The translations under genes and the position numbers were made by a program. The notes beneath the pieces were generated by a model, which did no database searches, was not told the origin of the DNA, and saw only the letters and a list, made by a program, of their open reading frames with translations. 64,000 nucleotides of DNA from NCBI GenBank assembly GCA_965233585.1, contig CBDDTI010000747.1, forward strand, positions 1,009,513-1,073,512. Reading direction: 5' to 3'. Source of the stretch: a bacterium (GTDB lineage: Bacteria; SAR324; NAC60-12). Shown here in pieces: positions 49,184 through 57,354 of the stretch (position 1 is the first letter of the stretch; every line of letters starts with the position of its first letter).

Positions 49184-50254
49184 ATGATTCCAAACCATAT
49201 CAGAAAATCAGAAGAAGACAAGGCAAGAATGCAAAAATTTCTGGACGGACTTCTTCAAGGTCGCTCTGACATACTGAACAAAGACCTTGCCAGTGCTTTT
49301 GATGTGGCAATCGCTATCTTGGAATCCGCCAATCAGACACATTTGTTAGCACTCATTGTCATCAGAAGATTCTGGTTTCAGTGTCTCAATGAATTTTTTG
49401 CAAAACATACTTTTGCAAGGAACATCTCTATTACGGCACAATTCATTGTCAATGGAAAGTATTTAGAAAAAACTTTGCCTCTTTTTCAACCTGCATCGCA
49501 AGTGTTCTATGTTCTCAAATCATTGCAAGAGGAGCATTTTGCAAGAGAACATGAATTTGTGATGACTGTACAAAAACGAATCAGAAGCAAATTGACTGAA
49601 TCAGAAAAGGCAAGACTTCTGGAACATGCCGTCTTTAAACCGCATGAAAGGACTTTGCACCTCACGGTGTATGATGGGGGTTTTGCACAGGCAGTGCGTC
49701 AAGACATGAGCATTTATTTAAGTCGGATCAATTCTGTCTTACCTCTTCGTTTACGTATAGACCATTTAGAATGCCAAATCGGCTCTATCCCCACCGTTCA
49801 ATCTGACCAAATCTGGCTTTCTCGTCTTTGTATTCGTTGGCAAGAAGTCGTTCAAACCCCTTTTTTGCTCACTTGTGTCCCTGCATTCATTGACAGAAAG
49901 TCTGACCAAACTGCCTCCTTAGTCATCTATACCCAAGAACTTTTAGATGATTTTCAGACCCTTTCAGGACAACTTTTAAAGCAGATTTTTGCGACATTCC
50001 CCCAACTTCAAAATGTATTTCACAAGGTGTGGTTTCTCCACAGACCTGCCATGAATGTTGCCCAAGAACAAAGACGTGTTCTGCTTTATGCAGAATCTAT
50101 CATCAATCCAAAAGCCTGCTATGAAAAACTACCTGCGGCATGGAAAAGGATTCAAAGAACTCCACCTAAACCCAAACCTTCAGAGCCAAAACTTTCTACC
50201 GAAGAGCAGATTCAAGCCGTTTTTGACAGAGTGTTGAATCGCAACAGTGCTTAG
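49184..50254 (+). CDS. Hypothetical protein, possibly with DUF721/DciA-like domain(s)
   Basis: TLHLTVYDGGFAQAV...YLSRIN pattern; its 3' end is duplicated at 61410..61683. Confidence 0.55.
   Translation: MIPNHIRKSEEDKARMQKFLDGLLQGRSDILNKDLASAFDVAIAILESANQTHLLALIVIRRFWFQCLNEFFAKHTFARNISITAQFIVNGKYLEKTLPLFQPASQVFYVLKSLQEEHFAREHEFVMTVQKRIRSKLTESEKARLLEHAVFKPHERTLHLTVYDGGFAQAVRQDMSIYLSRINSVLPLRLRIDHLECQIGSIPTVQSDQIWLSRLCIRWQEVVQTPFLLTCVPAFIDRKSDQTASLVIYTQELLDDFQTLSGQLLKQIFATFPQLQNVFHKVWFLHRPAMNVAQEQRRVLLYAESIINPKACYEKLPAAWKRIQRTPPKPKPSEPKLSTEEQIQAVFDRVLNRNSA
49978..50254. repeat. Left direct repeat of the island (~275 bp)
   Basis: Near-identical to 61410..61683 (one 3-bp indel and a few substitutions). 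Confidence 0.95.
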
Positions 50255-50325
50255 TTAAATAGAATTTCTGTGTGGACATCGTTTAAGAAATGGGCTGTGT
50301 CATAGACCAGAACAATTTAACAGTC

Positions 50326-51186
50326 TTCTGATTTTAAACTTACAAGTGCCAACTTTTGCCATGTTCACGTTTTTGATGGGGGCGGTTCATTGAGTTGAGA
50401 AGGTGAGACTGGGATTGCCCATCAGCACAGGGTTTTGACGAGAAGCTCCTTTGTCTTTGGTGAGTCCAGAGACTTGTGCATAGACTCGTTTGTAGAGGTG
50501 GTCTACGTCTTGGGGTTCGGGTTGGAGCAGTTCTTGGATGACAAAGTAAGTGAATAAGCGATGCCCCTTTTCCCAATAGGCACTGGAGAACTGATTTTCT
50601 GTGCCTGCCGTCAAGATGACCATCTTCTCTTGGTCAAAGTTGACTTTTTTTGGGGTTTTCATCAGGGGCGCTTTGCCTTTGAAGACGAGCTTGCCGTCTG
50701 TTTTGCCTGTAAAGCAAGAATCTACAAAAGCAATGACTTTAGAGGCTTTGGTGTCTGTGAGTGCTTTGTAGAAGTGAGCCAGTTTAAATTCAGGGTAATC
50801 TTCAACGTAGTCTGGAATGCTGTCTGAAGGGAGGATGTAGGGTTCATCTTTGTTCTCGCCTAGTGGCACACCATGTCCATTGTAATAGAAATAGATGATG
50901 TCGCCTTCTTCCACTTCCTGTTTCAAGAATTTCATTTTGTCTGTGATGAGTCCTCTGGTGGCTTTGTCGTCAGTGAGTAAGATAGTCCTTCCTTCAGTGA
51001 CTCCTTGCTGTTTGACGATGGTTTCAGTGAAGAGTTCCGCAGAACGTTTGGCATAGATGATGTCATCAGCTTGCAGATACTTTTCAATGCCGATAGCAAA
51101 GACCCAAACTTTGGGGTTCTTGTCGGCTTTGGCAAGGTTTTGAAGTTTTGGCAGGAGGTCATCTTGGTATTTAGAGCCGTCTTTGT
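50326..51186. repeat. 861-bp duplication of the caspase domain plus 3' flank (copy of 54119..54979)
   Basis: Constant offset of 3793 bp; identical translation, no DNA differences seen by eye. Confidence 0.95.
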
Positions 51187-51277
51187 GTCTATAAAGAGTT
51201 TCCAATATCGGTGCTGTGCTGCCATATTTATTTTGAACATTGGGATTTGCTCCCCTGTCTAACAAGAATTCCACCAC
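50387..51277 (-). CDS. Caspase-family (peptidase C14) protein with a partial ankyrin N-terminus; may be a fragment
   Basis: FAIGIEKY, YFYYNGHG (His), FVDSCFTG (Cys); starts inside an ankyrin repeat. Confidence 0.75.
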   Translation of the reverse strand: MVEFLLDRGANPNVQNKYGSTAPILETLYRHKDGSKYQDDLLPKLQNLAKADKNPKVWVFAIGIEKYLQADDIIYAKRSAELFTETIVKQQGVTEGRTILLTDDKATRGLITDKMKFLKQEVEEGDIIYFYYNGHGVPLGENKDEPYILPSDSIPDYVEDYPEFKLAHFYKALTDTKASKVIAFVDSCFTGKTDGKLVFKGKAPLMKTPKKVNFDQEKMVILTAGTENQFSSAYWEKGHRLFTYFVIQELLQPEPQDVDHLYKRVYAQVSGLTKDKGASRQNPVLMGNPSLTFSTQ

Positions 51278-51318
51278 TTCCTTAACACCTGCTCTTTGCT
51301 GAAAAGACGGGTTCTTGA

Positions 51319-52758
51319 TTAGTTCAGAGCCATCTTGTTTTCCAACAACTCCACCACTTCCTTGTGTCCCCTCCGACTTGCCAACATCAGTGCTGTGCTG
51401 CCATATTCATTTTGAGCTTCTATCTTCGCTCCCCTGTCTAACAAGAACTCCACCACTTCCTTGTGTCCATTCAGACTTGCCAGAATCAGTGCTGTGTTAC
51501 CATATTCATTTTGAGCCTCTATCTTCGCTCCCCTGTCTAACAAGAACTCCACCACTTCCTTGTGTCCTTGCTGACTTGCCAACATCAGTGCTGTGTCACC
51601 AGATTTATTTTGAGCCTCTATCTTTGCTCCCCTGTCTAACAAGAACTCCACCACTTCCTTGTGTCCTTGCTGACTTGCCAACATCAGTGCTGTTTCACCA
51701 TATTCATCTTGAGCCTCTATCTTTGCTCCCCTGTCTAACAAAGACTTGACCTTGTTCAGATTTCCCTGTTCACTTGCTTTTAGGAGTGTTTGATCATGGG
51801 CGTTTGCTGCTATCTTGTTTTCCAACAACTCCACCACTTCCTTGTGTCCATAAAAACTTGCCCAAATCAGTGCTGTGTTACCAGATTTATCTTGAGCCTC
51901 CATGTTCGCTCCCCTGTCTAACAAGAACTCCACCACTTCCTTGTGTCCCTTCCGACTTGCCCAAATCAGTGCTGTGTTACCATATTCATTTTGAGCCTCT
52001 ATCTTTGCTCCCCTGTCTAACAAGAACTCCACCACTTCCTTGTGTCCCTTCCGACTTGCCCAAATCAGTGCTGTGTTACCATATTCATTTTGAGCCTCTA
52101 TCTTTGCTCCCCTGTCTAACAAGAACTCCACCACTTCCTTGTGTCCATAAAAACTTGCCAACATCAGTGCTGTGTCACCATCTTCATTTTGAGCCTCTAT
52201 CTTTGCTCCCCTGTCTAACAAAGACTTGACCTTGTTCAGATTTCCCTGTTCACTTGCTTTTAGGAGTGTTTGATCATGGGCGTTTGCTGCTATCTTGTTT
52301 TCCAACAACTCCACCACTTCCTTGTGTCCATTCCGACTTGCCCAAATCAGTGCTGTGTTACCATATTCATCTTGAGCCTCTATCTTTGCTCCCCTGTCTA
52401 ACAAGAACTCCACCACTTCCTTGTGTCCATAAAAACTTGCCAACATCAGTGCTGTGTCACCATCTTCATCTTGAGCCTCTATCTTCGCTCCCCTGTCTAA
52501 CAAGAACTCCACCACTTCCTTGTGTCCCTTCCGACTTGCCAACATCAGTGCTGTGTTACCATATTCATTTTGAGCCTCTATCTTCGCTCCCCTGTCTAAC
52601 AAAGACTTGACCTTGTTCAGATTTCCCTGTTCACTTGCTTTTAGGAGTGTTTGATCATGGGCGTTTGCTGCTAGAAATGCTTGAGAACAAGCTATCAAGA
52701 CAGATAAAAAAAGGAGGGATAAGAAAGGAGAGAAGACTTTTGATAAAGTTTTCATCAT
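51319..52758 (-). CDS. Ankyrin-repeat lipoprotein A (3 cap+repeat modules: 3, 4 and 4 repeats)
   Basis: Lipobox-like LIAC; 33-aa/99-bp repeats AQxxxGxTALxxASxxGHKEVVExLLDRGAKIE. Confidence 0.92.
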   Translation of the reverse strand: MMKTLSKVFSPFLSLLFLSVLIACSQAFLAANAHDQTLLKASEQGNLNKVKSLLDRGAKIEAQNEYGNTALMLASRKGHKEVVEFLLDRGAKIEAQDEDGDTALMLASFYGHKEVVEFLLDRGAKIEAQDEYGNTALIWASRNGHKEVVELLENKIAANAHDQTLLKASEQGNLNKVKSLLDRGAKIEAQNEDGDTALMLASFYGHKEVVEFLLDRGAKIEAQNEYGNTALIWASRKGHKEVVEFLLDRGAKIEAQNEYGNTALIWASRKGHKEVVEFLLDRGANMEAQDKSGNTALIWASFYGHKEVVELLENKIAANAHDQTLLKASEQGNLNKVKSLLDRGAKIEAQDEYGETALMLASQQGHKEVVEFLLDRGAKIEAQNKSGDTALMLASQQGHKEVVEFLLDRGAKIEAQNEYGNTALILASLNGHKEVVEFLLDRGAKIEAQNEYGSTALMLASRRGHKEVVELLENKMALN

Positions 52759-52944
52759 GATTTCTTTGGAAAAAGATTAAATCAAAAACAAAGAGACTGA
52801 ATAACATTGGAGACGTGAGTTCTTTTTGCTGAAGCAAGAGTCAGCCCAACCGAATGAGGAGAGTGTAAGCGAACGTCAGCAAAGGTTTGTCTTGACAAGG
52901 TGTCTTTGTCTGAGATGGTCTGGAGTTTGTTTTGAGAAGTTTGT

Positions 52945-54072
52945 TTAAGGTTGAATGCGATAAGTGGTAATTTGGTGGTCGTACTGGTCTAATAATTCCA
53001 AGACATTGAGCAGTTGGTCATTTCCTTTGATGAGAGTCTCTGAAATTTCTTGAAGCTTCAGTTGGAGTTCAGTTGGAGTTTGGAGCAAGATGAGCATTTC
53101 TTTCAAATTGATATTGCTGGTCGCTTCTCCCAAAGAAACTATCAAGTCATCTTCTTCTTTTTCAGGATAAACAAAATCCTGTTCTTCGTAGCGATTTTGA
53201 AAGATAAATCCAACATTGCCCTGATAATCCACAGAAAGTAAAGTGAAGTACATGGGCTGTTGGGTTCGGATACGAACTGTCATTTTGTCTCCATCTCTAA
53301 AAAAAGATGAATTGGTCTCAAAACTTTCAGATTGGTTGGCATCAAACAAATCACTGACTGAAGGCAATCGTAGATCAGTCTCGCCACAGGACAACATGTA
53401 GTATTGATTGTCACGATCAAAAGTCAGTTCCATTGGGAAATTCAAATCTTGAAGTTCTGGGTTCTTTTGCAAGAACACCCCTTTCGGTTTGTTGCCATTG
53501 AGGCACTTGGGGTCTTGACTGAATCTCCGACTCAATCGTTTAAAAAATGGGCTTTTGTCATAGACCAGAACAATTTGATGGTATCCATCGGGAAGTTTTT
53601 GAGCAGCCACTTGACGGAAGTCTCCAAAGAGTTGAGCCTTGGATTTGGTTCCATCTTGCTGGATGATTTCAATCTCGCATTGCATCACCTCTGATTCTTT
53701 GGCGTTACAATTTTCTTGACGTTGACTGATACTCTGCACCTGCACGCCGTTGACAGCTGCTGCAATTTGAACAATGGCATCCTTTCTTGCTTCTTGCCAA
53801 TCATCTCCCAGACCACAGGCAAACACTTCATAAGGTTTAACAGCCACTTCACATGGTAGAGTTTGAAGTGGCTGGGAAGTAGGAGTTTTTGTCTTTGGCT
53901 GCTTGGTTTCAGGCGGAGAGGTTTGTTTGACCTTTTTCAGAACTTCCTGTTTGCTTACCCCGCTGAATGTTGTTGATAGATCAGGAGGTGTTGCCGTTTG
54001 TTGAGAACAAGCATGGAGAACGAAGGACACAGCAACTGCTGAAAGCACAGTGATTTTTTGAATAGTCGTCAT
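52945..54072 (-). CDS. Lipoprotein with LPP20-like N-domain and DUF4384-like C-domain
   Basis: Lipobox LHAC; EARKDAIVQIA helix; FRDGDKMTVRIRTQQPMYFTLLSVDYQGNV..IF. Confidence 0.7.
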   Translation of the reverse strand: MTTIQKITVLSAVAVSFVLHACSQQTATPPDLSTTFSGVSKQEVLKKVKQTSPPETKQPKTKTPTSQPLQTLPCEVAVKPYEVFACGLGDDWQEARKDAIVQIAAAVNGVQVQSISQRQENCNAKESEVMQCEIEIIQQDGTKSKAQLFGDFRQVAAQKLPDGYHQIVLVYDKSPFFKRLSRRFSQDPKCLNGNKPKGVFLQKNPELQDLNFPMELTFDRDNQYYMLSCGETDLRLPSVSDLFDANQSESFETNSSFFRDGDKMTVRIRTQQPMYFTLLSVDYQGNVGFIFQNRYEEQDFVYPEKEEDDLIVSLGEATSNINLKEMLILLQTPTELQLKLQEISETLIKGNDQLLNVLELLDQYDHQITTYRIQP

Positions 54073-54179
54073 CTTGATTGAAAGATGAAACACAGATTCA
54101 CACAAAACATCACATCGTTTCTGATTTTAAACTTACAAGTGCCAACTTTTGCCATGTTCACGTTTTTGATGGGGGCGGT

Positions 54180-57074
54180 TCATTGAGTTGAGAAGGTGAG
54201 ACTGGGATTGCCCATCAGCACAGGGTTTTGACGAGAAGCTCCTTTGTCTTTGGTGAGTCCAGAGACTTGTGCATAGACTCGTTTGTAGAGGTGGTCTACG
54301 TCTTGGGGTTCGGGTTGGAGCAGTTCTTGGATGACAAAGTAAGTGAATAAGCGATGCCCCTTTTCCCAATAGGCACTGGAGAACTGATTTTCTGTGCCTG
54401 CCGTCAAGATGACCATCTTCTCTTGGTCAAAGTTGACTTTTTTTGGGGTTTTCATCAGGGGCGCTTTGCCTTTGAAGACGAGCTTGCCGTCTGTTTTGCC
54501 TGTAAAGCAAGAATCTACAAAAGCAATGACTTTAGAGGCTTTGGTGTCTGTGAGTGCTTTGTAGAAGTGAGCCAGTTTAAATTCAGGGTAATCTTCAACG
54601 TAGTCTGGAATGCTGTCTGAAGGGAGGATGTAGGGTTCATCTTTGTTCTCGCCTAGTGGCACACCATGTCCATTGTAATAGAAATAGATGATGTCGCCTT
54701 CTTCCACTTCCTGTTTCAAGAATTTCATTTTGTCTGTGATGAGTCCTCTGGTGGCTTTGTCGTCAGTGAGTAAGATAGTCCTTCCTTCAGTGACTCCTTG
54801 CTGTTTGACGATGGTTTCAGTGAAGAGTTCCGCAGAACGTTTGGCATAGATGATGTCATCAGCTTGCAGATACTTTTCAATGCCGATAGCAAAGACCCAA
54901 ACTTTGGGGTTCTTGTCGGCTTTGGCAAGGTTTTGAAGTTTTGGCAGGAGGTCATCTTGGTATTTAGAGCCGTCTTTGTAGAAGATTTGATCTACAAGGT
55001 CCACTTTCAGATTGGGATTTTGCAAGGTGAGTTCAGGTAGGTTTTGAATGGTTTCTTGACCTCCCACTGCAGCGACTAAAGCATTGGTTTGTTGATGGGT
55101 TTCATCAGTAGCTTGGGCTTGGAACTGCTGGTCTTGATACTGCAACTTGACTTGTTTGAGTTGCAGGCTGTTGTCATCTGCGATGGCAAATTGTGCCTTC
55201 ACTTTGAAACGTTGAGGGTCTTGGAACAAGGTTTTTCTCAAAGACAGAGAGAGTCCAGAGACTTTAAGAGGTTGTTGATAATCAGATTGAGTGCTTTGGA
55301 GCGTGACAAACATGTCTCCTGTGTCTTTGTTCATTGTGGGTTGCTGTATCTGGAGAGAGGCGATGACATCGTTGGTTGCTTTGGCGACAATGGCTTTCGT
55401 TGGCAAGGCATCAAGATCTTTTTGGTAGGTTTGATAGGCTTTTTTGAGTTTGGTATTGCGGTCTTCTACTAGCTGACGATAGGCCTCTTGGATTTTATCT
55501 ACTTTTGCTTGTCTTTGAGCAGTGATTTGTCGGACACGTGCTTCAAACTCTGTGTTGGTCTCCCATTCGTCTTGTTTCAGTTGTATGGCTTCAGGGACTT
55601 GAGGTTTGGGAATCTGATAGTCTGCGACACGTTGATAGACACTTTTGAGCTTGTTGTGTTGGGATTGGATCAAGCGATTAGCATAAGTGGTGATGGACTC
55701 TAGGGCAGGGGTCTGTTTATTGTGCTTCCAGTCTGAAGTCTGCGATGACAACGACTTCACTGGAAACATCTTGAACGCACTTGTCACCCAAAACACCTGC
55801 TCTTTGCTGAAAAGATGGATTCTTGCTTCATTCAAAGCAATCTCCAACAACTCCACCACTTCCTCGTGATGCCTACTTGATTGACTTGCCAGAATCAGTG
55901 CTGTGTCACCAGCTTCATTTTGAACATTGGGATTCGCTCCCCTGTCTAACAACAACTCCACTACCTCCTTCTGTACTTCCTCACTTGCTATCATCAGCGC
56001 TGTGTTACCATATTCATTTTGAGCCTCTATCTTCGCTCCCCTGTCTAACAAGAACTCCACTACTTCCTTGTGTCCTTGCCGACTTGCCAACATCAGTGCT
56101 GTGTCACCATCTTTATTTTGAGCTTCTACATCAGCTCCGTTTTTTAATAAACTTTTAGCAATTTCTAGTTTTTGATGGCGAATCGCCCAGATAAAAATCG
56201 GTTCATGATTGGCTTTTACTTTGGGATTGGCTCCGTTTGCAAGAAGTGAATTGACTGTTTGCAAATATCCCCTTTTACTTGCTACTACTAAAGCGGTTTC
56301 TCCATGACGATTTTCACTTTCTAAATTGACATCATAGCGAATAAGTTTTTGAACTGCTTTAAAATGTTCCCTTTGAACCAATAGAATGAGCAAGGGATTT
56401 CCATCGTTATCTTGTATTCCTAGTTTGAATTTTGCCCCAAAATCTTCAACAGCAACCATCCATAATGGTTCATGGTCTAGTTGCCTCAAATATCTCAAGG
56501 CTCTTACAGGATTACGATTCACAATCGGTTCAATTTCAAAATCATAATAATCTTGAGCCACTTGATACCACCGAAAGCGACCAGTCACGGATTCATCATG
56601 GTAATAATTTGTGAAAATTTGCAATTTTTCTTCAGTGGTCAACTGATAAGAAGAAAAAGGATCAAGACTTGTTTTCAGAAGAATAAAACGAGTCAGCGTA
56701 TCAAGCACTGGAAAACCAACAAGTTTATATTCTCCAGTCGCTACTTTGAGCCTCAAGTTAGCTGTTCCGTCAATTGAAATCAGTGCATAGTGCTCATTTA
56801 TAGTCCCAAAATAAGGTAGACCCAAAAATGCACTGAGTTGGTAGTAAGTTGAGACACCGCCACTGCCAACCCACCCTCCACTTTCAACTGAATTAGGAGA
56901 GATAGAAATGTCGTTTTTATCCAAGAAGTTAGCAGGAAGGGGTCTGGCTTCAGCAGGCGGATCAGGGATTTCTATTTCGGCTTTCCAAAATCCGATACAG
57001 CTTTGCAACGTTAAGGTCACAACAACCATTAGAAGAACATGGCAGCAAGAAAACAAAGTATTGAAAGATTTCAT
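54180..57074 (-). CDS. Lipoprotein: N-domain, ankyrin repeats, coiled coil, caspase (peptidase C14)
   Basis: Lipobox LQSC; about 6 ankyrin repeats; DEWETNTEFEAR helical segment; NGHG and DSC dyad. Confidence 0.88.
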   Translation of the reverse strand: MKSFNTLFSCCHVLLMVVVTLTLQSCIGFWKAEIEIPDPPAEARPLPANFLDKNDISISPNSVESGGWVGSGGVSTYYQLSAFLGLPYFGTINEHYALISIDGTANLRLKVATGEYKLVGFPVLDTLTRFILLKTSLDPFSSYQLTTEEKLQIFTNYYHDESVTGRFRWYQVAQDYYDFEIEPIVNRNPVRALRYLRQLDHEPLWMVAVEDFGAKFKLGIQDNDGNPLLILLVQREHFKAVQKLIRYDVNLESENRHGETALVVASKRGYLQTVNSLLANGANPKVKANHEPIFIWAIRHQKLEIAKSLLKNGADVEAQNKDGDTALMLASRQGHKEVVEFLLDRGAKIEAQNEYGNTALMIASEEVQKEVVELLLDRGANPNVQNEAGDTALILASQSSRHHEEVVELLEIALNEARIHLFSKEQVFWVTSAFKMFPVKSLSSQTSDWKHNKQTPALESITTYANRLIQSQHNKLKSVYQRVADYQIPKPQVPEAIQLKQDEWETNTEFEARVRQITAQRQAKVDKIQEAYRQLVEDRNTKLKKAYQTYQKDLDALPTKAIVAKATNDVIASLQIQQPTMNKDTGDMFVTLQSTQSDYQQPLKVSGLSLSLRKTLFQDPQRFKVKAQFAIADDNSLQLKQVKLQYQDQQFQAQATDETHQQTNALVAAVGGQETIQNLPELTLQNPNLKVDLVDQIFYKDGSKYQDDLLPKLQNLAKADKNPKVWVFAIGIEKYLQADDIIYAKRSAELFTETIVKQQGVTEGRTILLTDDKATRGLITDKMKFLKQEVEEGDIIYFYYNGHGVPLGENKDEPYILPSDSIPDYVEDYPEFKLAHFYKALTDTKASKVIAFVDSCFTGKTDGKLVFKGKAPLMKTPKKVNFDQEKMVILTAGTENQFSSAYWEKGHRLFTYFVIQELLQPEPQDVDHLYKRVYAQVSGLTKDKGASRQNPVLMGNPSLTFSTQ

Positions 57075-57150
57075 CGTGAATTTTTTGGGAAAAAGATTAA
57101 ATCAAAAACAAAGAGACTCAACAAGAGATTGAATCACAGAAAAAAGCGAT

Positions 57151-57179
57151 AGTCTAATACTAGATAAGAGTGCTGTCAA
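57151..57179 (-). promoter_or_regulatory. Sigma70-like promoter for the ankyrin-caspase gene
   Basis: TTGACA-17 bp-TAGACT on the minus strand. Confidence 0.65.
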
Positions 57180-57354
57180 GTTTTTTTGCAAATTCAAATG
57201 ACTGGCTTGCTTGGAGACGTGAGTTCTTTTTGCTGAAGCAAGAGTCAGTCTGACTGAATGAGTGGAAAGCTTGCAAAAGTGATCCAGAAACAAATTGACT
57301 GAATCAGAAAAGCAAAGGAAACACCTGCTCTTTGCTGAAAAGACGGGTTCTTGA

